A stretch of 54,956 nt of DNA, counting the filler, from Ionaspis alba (Eukaryota): NCBI GenBank assembly GCA_964255285.1. It is 3 parts of 3 records of this genome, joined end to end, with 100 filler letters (N's around TTAATTAATTAA, not from the genome) between each part and the next. Parts side by side here need not be neighbours in the genome. Positions count along the whole stretch, not along the records: positions 36,817 to 54,956 come from CAXUUL010000294.1; 2 more parts are not named here. One strand, given 5' to 3'. The position numbers were made by a program, and so were the translations under genes. Every line of letters begins with the position of its first letter. Position 1 is the first letter of the stretch. Below are positions 36,824-50,327 of this stretch, piece by piece. The notes under the pieces are model-generated. The model worked only from the letters and a program-made list of their open reading frames with translations. It was not told the origin of the DNA and did not search any database.

Positions 36824-39800
36824 CAGACCCAATATAAGCCTTCCTCGCCTCCAGATTCATCCCAAACCTCCTCTCTACCTCCATCTTGATATTCTTCTTC
36901 GTCACCGTCATCAAATCCGCCGTCTTCAGAATCTCTCTTATCTCCGCCAAAATCGCATCATCGCTCGGCAAACCCGCAAACTCATTCATTTCCATGCCCT
37001 CCTGGTAGCCCCTCCCCAGCATCTCTGACGGCGCGAGCGACAGTCGCGAGCTGTATCTCGGCAAATCCATCTGGGACATCGGTCTTGAGGGCGGGAAACC
37101 GTATTCAGACTGCGGCGGGTGGTAGGATTTGGTGGCGTAGGAGATACCTGAGATTTCGGAGCGGTCGTCACGCTGGGTTTGCGCTTCCCAGAGCTCGGCT
37201 TGGTATTCCTCCCACTTCTTGCGGGGGATGGTCGAGGGGTCGAATTTGCCTTCGTCGGTGATGACGATCTGGCGACCCTTTTCACCTGTCACGATACGAG
37301 TGTTGCCCCAGGAGAAGTCGTCCATATGCCAGAAAGCGTAGAGAGGCAGGCCGAGGGAGAAGACGGGCATGGCGAGGATGTAGACGATCATCCAGCCGAC
37401 CATTTCCCATTTGCGGCGCAGGATGAAGATGATGGCTTGGAGACCGTAGATTGCTCCGAGGAGAATGAAGGCTGTGAGAGGAATGACACTCGAGTTTATC
37501 GCGATGAGGACGATCAAGTACACGATATAGGCGACGGTGACGGGCTGCACAATGGTGCTAAGCAGGTCAAGGAAGACGACGAAGCGCATGCTGAAACAGC
37601 AGAAACCACAGAGTTGCTGAAGCGGGATGAGTTCGATCAGGTTGTGGACTGTCGAGTTGATCCAGCGCCGCCGTTGGGACATGAAGATCTTCCAGCTATC
37701 CGGGGCGATGGTCCAGGCGTGAGCATGGAAGGTGTACTTCGTCTTGTACTTGGAATGATATTTCAGTAGAAGGGTGGTCAAGTAACGATCTTCTCCGAGA
37801 TGTAGTAGATTCTTGAAGTGAAGGGTGTCGACACGGATATTGGCATATGCTTCGACCACTTCTCGACTCACGAAAAGAGGCTTTCCAGTCTCGGCAGCAC
37901 GTATGCGGTACATACTGAAGCATCCAGGAAGACAGGTGACGGACCCGAACAAGCTTTCGAAAGCCTTTGTAAGGTTGTGCGAGATGTAGTACTCGTATAC
38001 TTGGATCATGGTGACGAATGAGGCTTTCGCGTTCGCAATGGCTGTTTCTCCACAGATACCAATCAATCTCGAATCGTGCAAGAACGCAGCCACCATGCGA
38101 GTAGCGGAGTCCGGGGCAACAACGGTATCAGCGTCGATTTGGAACATGAACTCGTAGAAAGTAGGGTTGACACCGATGATGTTTCGGATTTGGTGGTGCA
38201 TTTCCAACTCCAGAGGATTCATCGGGTGATTGTAGTGGACCCTATTCAAGAATCGCATGAGGACCATCTGAGAGTCTCGTTTGCCTCGGTTGCCAGGTCT
38301 TGACACTTCTGAGGGCTTCCCGATCTTCACAACCACGAGGAAGGGAACGATATGTCCCTGAACTTCATACAAGCCCGAGTATACTTTGCCCATATTGTGC
38401 TGCTTCATACCCTCACCCAAGCTTTCGAAGCTCAAGGGTTCCGGGTCGACTGTCTCTGAGACTCCCAAGATGTCCAAAACGATCCTGGGTGTGGGTCTAT
38501 CATTACCTTGTCCGATGATCATACCGTCGCAGATAATGACGAGAAGCTTTCGCTTATCATCATACTTCATCCGTGCAGCTGAATCGATAGCCCGACGAAG
38601 AGATTCCTCATCTTCGGTATAAACTGGAACCTGACATATGACGAACTTGTCAAGGTTCTCCGGAACGTTCTTTCTTCCAAATTGTAAAGCCGCAAAGAAC
38701 TTGAATCCAATGACACTGCAAAGAAGAATCGAGATAGCGAGCAAGATATACTGAGCGAACAAACACTGTGTAGAGTTTCTAGTATCCGTGGCACCAACGA
38801 AGAAGAGATTGTCGAGACAAAGTTGCATACGATGTCGTTCATCCTTGTCGATTTTGAGGGCCAACCAGTCCTTGGTGACATCTCGGCCAGCTCCCATTGT
38901 GAATAGATCCACTACCAAGGAGTCCATGAAGAATGTATCGACGTTTTCGGGCTGTGGCTGACCAGGAGGAGCCTTTACTCTCCTGCCTCCATTCTTATAC
39001 TTGGTGAAATCGTACACGCGATTGTTCAAGATGGCAATAGACTTGGACTGAGATCCGAGCTGGCTGACATATTGAGGGGTATACCCCACGTACCCTCTCT
39101 TGTAATTGGCTCTCAGCATTAGCATCTGTTCTTGGAACCAATCAGGTCGAGAGTCATTGGTAAATGTTCTGAAGTCGTGGTATTTGGCATTGGTGTCAAA
39201 AGAACTGATGACGTTGACAGATCCAGAGACATTCGTCGGAGTTGAGTCGAGGGTTACAGCATCGTCGATTTGACCATTTTTGCCCTGACATAATGCCGAT
39301 ACCTGAACAGGGAATAGATCCGTTGCATCGATACCAGCATATTTCTTCAACGAAGCCTGCGGAATGATATCAGGGCCAGGATAGTGGTTGGGCATGAACT
39401 TGCCAAGATCGAATACTACTCCTCGAATGGCGACGTAGGCGCCATGGTTATCTTTCCCGTCGAACGAAGAAAGTTCTTCTGCGGAGAAGACGTCCTGTTT
39501 AGGACAGATCAACTGCGGGAATATAACGATGAAGAAGATGACGAATCCGCAACTGAGCCAGATCAGAAGATTGATGGCAAATTTTTCACGCCATGCTGTT
39601 CGAATATCCTTCCGTGGCATCCGCCCAATCCACTTAATCAGGAAGTCAGGCATATAGAATGTCAGCAGATAGACAATGGCAAGCCAGCGTTTACGACTGC
39701 CAGAAACGACAACGTCGTCCACTTCGACCATCTTCTTTTCGTTGCCCTTCTCGGCCATCTGCTCACGGGTTTCGAGATTGCGGAACATATCGCCAGAATT

Positions 39801-42545
39801 GAAGGCAGAGGCACCAGCGTCAGAACGTGAGTCGACTTCTCGGCTGCCAAAGTATCCACCGTGCTTGGTATCATCACCATATATGTAGGCTCCCGGTGAA
39901 GGTGTGTGGTCTTGTGAACCCACGAGTCTCGTCTTCGAGTCGCCGAAACCTCTGTGGCCTGCCGGTCCCAACATTCCATCGTCGTCGTCAATATCACCCG
40001 GGAGGAATCTTCCTGCAGCAAAGCCCTTTTCGGTTAGCTGTGCAACGCTTGCCCAGCATCGCTCACTCAAGAAGACTCCAGTGGTACCAATTCGTGCCTC
40101 GTTGCCTGGCCATCTCTTCTCCTCCAAGATTGCTTCTGCTTGCTCACGCTCGCTCCCAACCAGGGAGGATTCCGTCTGGCACAAGCCCAGAAATTCTCCG
40201 AAAGGAAGGAAAAGGCTGAAGTCGGCATTCCGGAGTCGTTGACTTATCTCGGCTATACCAAGTGTCTGCACTTGCGTTCGCACACACTTGCTGTCGAATT
40301 GATTGGCAATCCGTCGATCGTTGGGTTTGAGGCAGAAGACATAGTATGAGTTTGTGTTTGGAGAGGTAATTGACTTTTTGATGTTCTCCAGAGAGGCGAG
40401 GAATTGACCCGAAGCACCTTGCTCGGGGTTGCCCAACCGAGAATTTCCTTTCCTTCCATCGGTCGACGGTTTGCGTACTTGACCAGACTCATCGCCGTCT
40501 CCATCCAGGTCTTCCCCGCCAGAGCGATTGCCACTCTGTTGTCTCGCTGCGAGTCTTCCTGGCCGATCGCCTCTCCTTCTTGCCATACTAGGCATTCGAA
40601 GAGGCTTTGAGCTGACCTGAGCTTGCATGACAGCAGACTTTTCTTTCGGATGCATGACTGTGCGAAGCGCCTCCTGTCCGAATAGCTCTCGGACAAAGTC
40701 GCTCTTCGTAGAATTGATGAGATTCATCATGTCGCCTGAGATTACTTCCCCATTATCTTCCACAAGGCCATTGATAGGGTAGTCGACTTCACCAGCAAAA
40801 TGTTTGATGGTAAAGGTCGCCGCATTATTGTGTGTGGCGAAGTTGCTCCCCGGCAAGACAGCTGTTGCACTGCCGACCGCTATAGCAGGATTTTTATTCT
40901 CAAATCGTTTCCGCAGGCTCTCGAGAAATTGGGCATCTGTTCGTCCTCGTCGAGTCTGGTCGTCAAGTATGCTCAACAAGCCGTTACCCGGCTTCAATAG
41001 ACCTCGCATGGCGTCCGAGTTGTCGAAGTAACTCGTAGCAGCCACGCTGACTTCCTCGGTCTCGAGTAGATCAGCCTTCTGCTCGAAAAAGCCATGCAGA
41101 CAGAGATTGTACAGCGATTCGGTAGCTGCATTGTTCAGAAGCTGGTCGAGGGTAGATCCTGTGGAGGCAGATTGTGCAAATCCTGGAAAGTCGACAATGG
41201 AAATAGTGTTGGCGATAGATTCTTCAACCGCACAAGTTCTCTGGTTGATCTGCTCAAGGACGTAAGCAACGAGCAAGGAGTATAGAGTCCTAGCCAGTTC
41301 GTCTGCATTTGCCCGAGCTCCTTTCGGATCTAGCATGACTGTTACTCTTTCGCGGTGGAGAGTCTTCGTCTTGTATCCCAAGCTTGTCTCAAGATCTGAC
41401 ATGCTTATCCCAAGGAAGGCTGCGATTATAGCCAAGACTTCTCTATTTCGGACAACCGTGACATTCTCGCCACCTTCATGCGAGTACCCTCCGCTTTCGT
41501 CTGCAGCCGGAGTGGTTGATTGACTCGTCATAAAATCCAGCTGGCCGATGTGAAGGATGCTTGCCAGGATTTGGCAAATCTCGGCGATTTCGCTTCTCGG
41601 AAACTCGAGCTTGCGAAGGGCTGTCTTGAAGTGCTGGAAGCCTTCGGCGTCGTTGATGCCAACTTTTAATTGTGTAGGATGTCCAAGGTACCGCCATCTC
41701 TTGGACCCTACCGTACCAGAGGTACGATTCCCTGCTGAAAGCCCACCCTCGCTGATTGCCCCTGGGATGTCGAGCCCCAAATGTGCTTTTTCACCACTGC
41801 TAGTTCCGGCCAACAAGTAGTACAGAACATGAAAGCTTCGTTCGCCTGTTGGAACAGTCGCAAGCCTGCTTCGTTCTAACCTATGGTCTAAGAGTTTGCC
41901 ACCAATCAAGGTCGGATTCATGGTGGACGATGCATCGTATTGCAATTCAAGGAAAAGACCGGCTTTCGAGGCCGTTGGGGTCGTAACGGATTTTGTCGTG
42001 GTGAGGGTATCAAACACGAAGGCAGCGAGGGAGATTTTGGTGGAGAGTGGCGTCGAGGAGAACGACAGGAACGATGAGAGCAGGTGTGAGCGAATGGTAG
42101 TTTTGCCAGATCCGGATTCTCCCCTACATAACAGCAGTCAGTCTTCTTATGGTTCAAATTATGGTACATTCGAAGTCTGAAGGTCTTACAGGAATACAAC
42201 AGCTTGGTTCTCTCCTCTTCCGCCAAGCCTTGCCCAAGCCCGACCTGCCAGCTCTTCGGCCTCTCCCATAGCACTCCCTTCTTTCCCGCCATCTGGGCCC
42301 TTGGCAGAGGAGGTATAGGTGTTGAGGGCGATGAGTCCTTGGGAGGAAAGGCGCGCTGTTGGTAAGGAGACATGAAATCTGGAATGATCAGCAATGGTCG
42401 GATTGCCTACTTATTTGACACTAGCGACGTACCGACTCGCAAGATGTGCAGTCAGATGTGTATCCGATTGCAAATGAGCGGGCAATGCGGGCAGCGAAGC
42501 CTGGGAATGAGTGGCATTGTTGCCGGTCATCGAGTGGGAAGCCAT
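36824..42545 (-). CDS. csmA: Class V chitin synthase with myosin motor-like domain (CsmA/ChsV); last short exon missing in gap
   Basis: MASHSMT...[22 protein letters not shown]-loop [37 protein letters not shown], cytochrome b5-like segments, [25 protein letters not shown] and a C-terminal DEK-like domain (ADLMTVTKK). Confidence 0.96.
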
Positions 42546-44248
42546 GGCTTGCGGCGCGATGCCGGTGATCTATCAGAGAATTGTAGCAGAAAGATCGTGG
42601 CCTATCAATCGAATTTATCGAGAAAACCCATCTAGATGCTGTGTCTCCAGGGTAATCGGGATTACTTTAGAGTGGCCGCGCAGAGGTTAACGACTAAAGG
42701 TGAGATATTCTGGAGGCGAATAGGAAACGAACGGGTGCCGTTGGCTTCAATGCAAAACCAAGCAGTATCGGCGGCAACGAAACGATGAAAACGAATGTAT
42801 AGGTCAAGGTCAGATCATAAGTGGAAAGATTGCAGAGTTTCCTGTCGGAAAAAAGGGCTCACAAACTGCACGAGATGTTTTGACGATAGTTGACTATTGC
42901 TGCAGGGGAGACTAGTGTCAGTAGAACTTGGGCCACCTTTTCCCCCGGCCCGCCTATGTTTAGATTGTTTACATTGATACGAAAAAAGTCGCCACCCAAC
43001 CAAATATCGATCCTTCCTGGAACATGTGGATATTCAGCTCACTTCATGCGTTAACTATTACTTTCACTTTGCCTGATCTGGCAACATTGAAAGTGTCATC
43101 GTGTATGATAAAACGAATAGTGTCTAGGAACTGACACTAGTTGGCAACGATGAACAACGACCGATTACGTTATTTATTGCAGATCGTCATTCTGCGTATT
43201 CTGGCCTTCCTACAATCCGGCAGCTACTATACCATCTGTGGAATGCTGGTTATTCATCAATGAAAACTGAAGCTTCAGAAAGATACTGTCATTATTCTAG
43301 ATCAATTCTCCTTTACTGAGCATGATTATATGACACGAGAGCTGCGACGGTTGCCATGCCCCAGAGCATCTTCATGCGGATGCGCTAGAAGGAGGGTGAG
43401 AAATCATTCTCCTGAAATAGAAATCCTGGTTCTTGGCTCTGCTCAAAGAGGTCAGTTCCGTGGCCGCTCTATCCAGCTCGGCCGGCCGGCAAGATCGGGC
43501 CGACAGAAATGCTGTCACCTATGGGAAGGATGAGGGGCGTGTCTCTATGATCCAGGGGAGCCCACGGGAGACTTAGTTGACTCAGTAGACCTCAAGGCCC
43601 TGCGGGAACAAGGCGGAGTTGGAATAAGGGGTCGTTTAGCATCTTGCTTTCCAACAGTTTTGTTACCAGTCTGCCGACGTAATCCTCAAGCCATCGCTTC
43701 TGATAAAGCAGCGTAGAAAACTGATCCCCCTGGTGGCCGAGCCCCCAAATCCATCGCCATCGAAATAAACAGACTAAAACAGGCTAGCTGAAAATTACAC
43801 TGTTGCCATCGTCGAGATGGAGTTACTGCATCTCACAACAAATCATTATTCGCACTGAACACCAATCTCTTTCAATTTCCCGGCCGATAGAGTCATTCGC
43901 TAAGCAGCATATATCGCTGTTGTATACACTCGTTTGAGAACGTCTTTCGTTTGAGAGAAGGGTGGTTCACAGCACTTTAGGTTTCTTGATTTACAGCCAC
44001 AACGACTCCGACTTCGACGTTCGTGCTTCGACATCAAATGTTCACGACATAACGGTTTCTTGAATACCAGAACAGGCATTGGTGACCACTGGTCCTGGGA
44101 TCGGCCACTCTCAACACTCAATCTCCTGACTCTGGTCCGGTAGATAACGACGACCATAGCCACGCAGGAGGCGTCCTTCATCCTGGGTCCACTCTGCTTG
44201 GAGTAACGGACTGGGAGCCTTCATTTGAGCAGACATCGAATCTGCAAA
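42546..44248. promoter_or_regulatory. Shared divergent promoter region of the class V/class VII chitin synthase pair
   Basis: A 1.7-kb interval with no credible coding frame lies between head-to-head start codons. This arrangement is established for csmA/csmB orthologues. Confidence 0.7.
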
Positions 44249-47200
44249 ATGTCACACACTCCGAACCGCATGTCGACCTACTCCAATTCCTCTACCCCGA
44301 TCGGTCCTAGATCCACCACTCAGCATGCTTCACAAGTCTCTACCACGACTCTACTCAATACCCTCCACACAATCTATACATCTGCTCAACCTTATCCGCT
44401 AGATGCGAGTACCAGTCTGGTGGTGAACACATGGCTTACAGCGATAGAACCGGGGACTGGAAATCGTGGTGGAGGCACAATCGATAGCAATCTTGCGAGG
44501 AGAGCGTGGGAACATGCACGGCGGCGAGCCGAGGATGGGTGTATCGTACTGGGGTCAGTAGCTTAATGATCGATGGTTCTTGCGGTTATGTTTTGCTGAC
44601 TATGGTGACAGCTCACTCCATCAATCGACACCATCGCTTATAACTCCCTTCATATCCGCCCTTCCACTTTCGATTCCTCAAGCTCTATACACAGCTCTAT
44701 CGGTCCTAAGGCCATTGACTTCCACTGTCACACCGTATAACGCCTCGACTGCCAGGCATTCGGCTTTGGCGGCATCATTCACTCTAACACATGCAACGGG
44801 AACACTCACGGCGGCATCGTTGGCACTTTCCACCTCGGGTATAGACAGCTCTAACGGTCTTATCAATATACCAGCAGAAGCAGGATACCGAGCGTTCGAT
44901 GTCTTCTATTACCTGCTCACATCGGCGTCGACCCCAGCGGAGCGTGAATTTCTCAGCCTGAAAAATCCTTCCGCATATACTCTTCTCAATCGCTCCGGCA
45001 CCTTTGAGCCTCCAACATATCTCCCTACTGCCGACGATACAGCCTCCGCAGAAGACTTTCGCCATTCTCTAAAGGCGATAGGGATCAAAGGCTCTGCTCA
45101 GAGAGATTTACTGTCTGTGCTGGCAGGGCTGCTGAAGCTAGGAGATACATTGGGATTTCTGATCGACGCAGAAGAGTTGGAAGAGATCTGCGAAGAAGTC
45201 GGCGGGCTTCTTAGCCTCGATCCTGAAGTTCTTTACCAGAAATGCTCAACCAACGAACGCGAAGTTCTCATTGCAGGAATATACGAGTGCCTCGTTGACT
45301 GGGTTGTGAGGAAAGCGAATACCGCGATCACCGCAGAAATCCAAAGGAATCGGGAAGATGGCTCTGAGAGTGATAGCGGGAGTGGAGGGGGTGCAAGGAC
45401 ACCACAGACTAGTGAAGACGTTGGTGACACTGTGAGCATTACAGTTGTAGAGATTCCAGGTCAAGATCTTGGCAAAGCGGCCTCTCTCCGCGGAGTCTTC
45501 GATGACACCGAGGGGATCAATCACGAGATGAAGGACGACGGTGTCGAGATCGTTGGTGCTGGATCGTCCGTGATCAAGGAAATGAACAATGCAGTTGCAG
45601 ACGTAGCTGCAGATCTAGGCATTCCAGGTGGTCCGATCAGCCGAGAACGAGAGTATGAGATGGACCGGAGAGAAGGCGTTCTGGAGAAAGTGGGCGTCGA
45701 AACCGAGGTGGGCAGCTTTTTGAGGAATATTCTTTACCCAGTGGACGGCGAAGGGGTCAACGTCGGAAAACATGGACGGTTCGATCTGCCCGCCATTCTT
45801 GGAAGCAGTCGCGTCTGGTATCATCTCTCCCTGCATCCGACGGACGACTCACCGAGCAAGCTCGCCTCATTAGCCTCTACAACATCAGCATGGTCAGCAG
45901 GAACCGTTTCCCGACAGCTTCGAGCCTGGCGCCTTCCAGAATGGGCAAACCGACGTAACAAAAACCTCGACTTTACTGCAGATTTCGAAATCGCCGAGTT
46001 CGCAACCAGATATTCTCGATTGGGCTGCAAAGAAGGCAGAGACGGCGTCGAAAGCTGGATCATGGAGCGCGGTTGGAGCAATGGTGATGCTGTGGTAGGA
46101 CATGATCGGGTCTGGATACGTGAGAGTGCATGGTGGGAGGCTGAAAGTATGCTTGATATGAAGCCAGAGTTTGATAATGGCTATGATCATCAGCCTTTCG
46201 GAATGGGCTCAATGAGTGGACAGGAGGCTCTCGAAACAGGCTACTCAGCGACGACTCCAGGTTTCAATGGAAGTGGCTTCTTCCCACCGATGGGTGAGGA
46301 ACCCACACCACACGGGAGCCGAGACAACCTCTTATCGAGACAACAGAGCTCGGCCACGATGAGCAGAATGGGAGCAAATGGTGCTCGCTCCATTGCTCCG
46401 ACCAAAGCTCGTACACTGAACACCCTACCTGGCGATTATGGTCTTGGAGCGAAAGGGGACGACACGAAGGGCGGAATCACCTACTACGATGGAGAGTATG
46501 ACGGCGTATTAGATCCTGAGCTTGGGGAACCGAAGCATATCGTGTCCAATTCCATACCCTGGTCTCGCAGGTTATGGGTCGCGTTCGTATGGGCTCTTAC
46601 TTTCTGGATTCCGTCCTTCGTCCTACGCTACGTCGGACGCATGAAAAGACCAGATGTACGAATGGCATGGAGAGAGAAGCTTGTCCTCGTCTTGCTTATC
46701 TTTCTATTGAATGGCATGGTCGTCTTCTATATCATCGAATTTGGCAAACTCCTATGTCCTAACTTCGATAAGGTTTGGAACGAACAGGAGGTTAGCTTCC
46801 ATCAAGGAGATACCGACTTCTGGGTTAGTATCCACGGTAGGGTGTACGACATATCCAAATTCTGGCAGACACAGCACAGCGACACATCGACCAAGACAAC
46901 CAAGCAGAACATGCAGCCTTTCGGTGGATTGAACTTGGACCAGTACTTCCCGCCTCCTCTGATTCGGGGTTGCCCGGAACTCGTTCAGGACGAGAATGTT
47001 CAGCTAACTTCCAACAATACCGCTCTTGACCCAACAGCCGTTCATACGCTTGGGAAATGGCAACCTACTCAGCAAAGTAAGCTGGCAAATGTGGACTGGT
47101 ATAAGTCAACGTTCCTGCCCACCATCGAACAATACTTCAAGGGCGACTTGGCTTGGAACAAGGGAAACGTGACTGCCCAGGGACAAAATGAAGGACGTCA

Positions 47201-49770
47201 GTGGGTTATTCTTCGAGGCAAGATCTATGATCTCACGGATTACTTCCACACTTTGGATGTGAACAACAATCTTCCCATGTTCTCGTTCATACCGACGGAA
47301 GTCAGCGATCTAATTAAGAACAATGCCGGACAAGATATTACAAGCCAGTGGCAGAATACCGCCAACTTTACGAGCAGTCTCAGATGTATGAACACTGTCT
47401 TCTACAAGGGGATCACTGACTTCAGAGATACGCCTAAATGTCAGGTCAACAACTACATCTTGCTTGCTTTCACCATTATCCTTTGTGCAGTCATCCTAGT
47501 CAAGTTCTTGGCCGCTTTGCAGTTCGGATCCAAACGTCAACCAGCGGCTCAAGATAAGTTTGTGATTTGCCAAGTCCCGGCATACACGGAGGGCGAAGAT
47601 CAACTCCGCAAGGGCCTTGACTCCCTCACGGCACTGCAATACGACAACAAAAGAAAATTGATCTGCGTAATTTGTGACGGGATGATTGTTGGTGGTGGAA
47701 ACGACAGGCCAACTCCAAAGATCGTGCTCGACATCCTCGGTGTGGACCCAAAGATTGATCCTCCGGCTCTGCCCTTCAAATCTGTTGGACAGGGAAATGA
47801 GCAACTCAACTACGGAAAGGTTTATTCTGGTCTCTACGAATACGAAGGAAATGTTGTCCCATACATAGTCGTGGTCAAGGTCGGTAAAGAATCCGAGCAG
47901 ACCAAGTCGAAGCCGGGAAACCGAGGCAAACGTGATTCGCAAATCCTGTTGCTCAGCTTCCTCAACCGAGTCCACCACCGCTCTCCTATGTCTCCACTCG
48001 AACTGGAGATGTTTCATCAGATTAATAACATCATTGGAGTCGATCCCGAGCTCTATGAATATCTTTTTATGGTCGATGCCGATACTCAGGTCCGAGAAGA
48101 CTCGTTAAATCGACTAGTAGCAAGCTGTGCCAATGATGCTAAGATTGCTGGTATTTGTGGTGAGACTAGTCTGGAAAATGAGGAACGAAGTTGGTGGACT
48201 ATGATACAGGTGTACGAGTACTATATCTCTCATCATTTGGCCAAGGCTTTCGAATCCCTCTTCGGATCTGTCACTTGTCTGCCTGGATGGTAAGAATTCT
48301 GCTCCTTTGTTCTATATATCCATACTGACTTGTTTTAGCTTCTGCATGTATCGACTTCGGACAACGGACAAAGGACGGCCCCTCATCATCTCTGACAAGG
48401 TCATTGGCGAGTACAGCGATTGCAATGTCGATACGCTGCACAAGAAGAATCTGCTTGCCTTGGGTGAAGATCGATACCTAACGACTCTGATGACCAAGCA
48501 TTTCCCAGCCATGTCCTACAAATTCATTCCGGACGCTTATGCCGCCACAGCTGCTCCTGAGACGTGGGGTGTTCTTCTCTCTCAAAGACGTCGCTGGATT
48601 AACTCAACCATCCATAATTTAGCTGAATTGGTGTTCTTGAAAGACCTTTGTGGATTCTGCTGCTTCAGTATGCGGTTCGTGGTGTTTATTGATCTTTTTG
48701 GTACAATCATCCTACCAGCAACATGCGCCTACTTGGGGTACTTGATCTACCGAGTTGCCACACACTCTGGACAGTTTCCTTTGATCTCGATCATCATGAT
48801 TGCTGCAGTGTACGGGTTGCAGGCTTTGATTTTCATTCTGAAGAGACAGTGGCAGCACGTGGGATGGATGATCATCTACATCCTCGCCTTCCCGATCTAT
48901 TCGTTCATACTTCCAATTTTCTCATTCTGGCAACAAGACGACTTTTCTTGGGGCAACACTCGTATTGTGCTCGAAGAAAAGGGCAACAAAAAGATTATTG
49001 CTTTGGAAGACGAAGGATTTGATCCTCGTAGCATTCCGCTACAGAGATGGGACGACTACGCTGCCGCGAACAGCCTACCAGGTCGTCGCGGACTCCCTGG
49101 AAGCACAGAGAAGGTCTATATGGAAGGCTACACGGACAATAATGGCTACGAGATGGATGACATCCACTCTACCTATTCCTCCGTCAAACCTGCATCAACC
49201 GTTTTGACGGGCTTTCCCAACGCAGCACCTGCCTATATGCCTCCACAATCTCCGGCGCCCTTCGGCAACATGCACCGCCAATCCACCTATTCCAGCTTTG
49301 CGCCTTACACCGATCAACCTCAATATCAGCCATCCAGAGTCCAATCGATGGTTGGGATGCAGGAGCAGTATCACGACACTATGTCAAATCCGAGGATGAG
49401 CCACCCAAATATGCTCAGCAGCGACAACTTGATCGCAATGCACTCGCCACCTCTCGGTCAGAACCGCAGCACACTCGGATACTCAGGAAGTCGTCCGATC
49501 AGCACTGTCGATTTCCGAGGAATGAGCAATGGTCCAGATGATGCAACGATCATTGAAGCAATCCAGAGCTGCTTGGTAGATGCTGATCTGGAGACTGTCA
49601 CGAAGAAGCAAGGTGAGTTCCAAGTCTAGATTGCCGAGTTTCCAAGGACCATCGCTAATGATCTCCTTATAGTGAGGGCAATGGTCGAGCAGCGACTACA
49701 GACCGAGATGAGCGGCGAGAGGAAGGCATTCTTGGACAACCAAATTGATGTCGAACTTGCTTCTATGTAA
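44249..49770 (+). CDS. csmB: Class VII chitin synthase with short degenerate myosin motor-like domain (CsmB/ChsVII)
   Basis: [12 protein letters not shown]...[26 protein letters not shown] and [12 protein letters not shown] with no P-loop, then [25 protein letters not shown] and a DEK-like C-terminus ([19 protein letters not shown]...LASM*). Three introns. Confidence 0.96.
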
Positions 49771-50327
49771 AAAGGGAAGCGTGGCAGGAGGTATTCTGGG
49801 TAAGTTGAGGACGAAAGTGCTATGAGGCGTTTTTGATCAGCATTTGCACAATGAGTGCTAGGACGGGGGAAAGAGCTTAATTGAGGATGGATAGGATTTC
49901 CAGTCTTTGCGAATTTACTTCTGATGCTTAATACAGCAAACCTTCAGAGATTCAAGCATCCACTATTTCATATGTTCCGCATTATGTTTGTGATCATGAG
50001 GTCGTGGATAGTTGAGGATTGCCTCTGTATTGGTGTGCGCATATTGCCGGCATTTCCTTGCTTCTCGCTAATCATCCCCCGCATCAACCCCTTGCATTGT
50101 TTACCGCCTTTCCCGTCGGTACATTATTGTAGCCACCGAAAGTGCTTGCGCCGGTTTCTGACTTCACCACTACTGTTCGCGCTTCGGCAGGCTAAATGAC
50201 GAAGGATCCCGTTGGTGGCCGATGATGCCGAACCTTCTTTTCTTTGTCTTTTGAACCTGTCACCACCGTTGCTGCTCCGTATATCTGACATTTGTGGCCA
50301 AGTACTGCTGCCTTTTACTTAACAATT

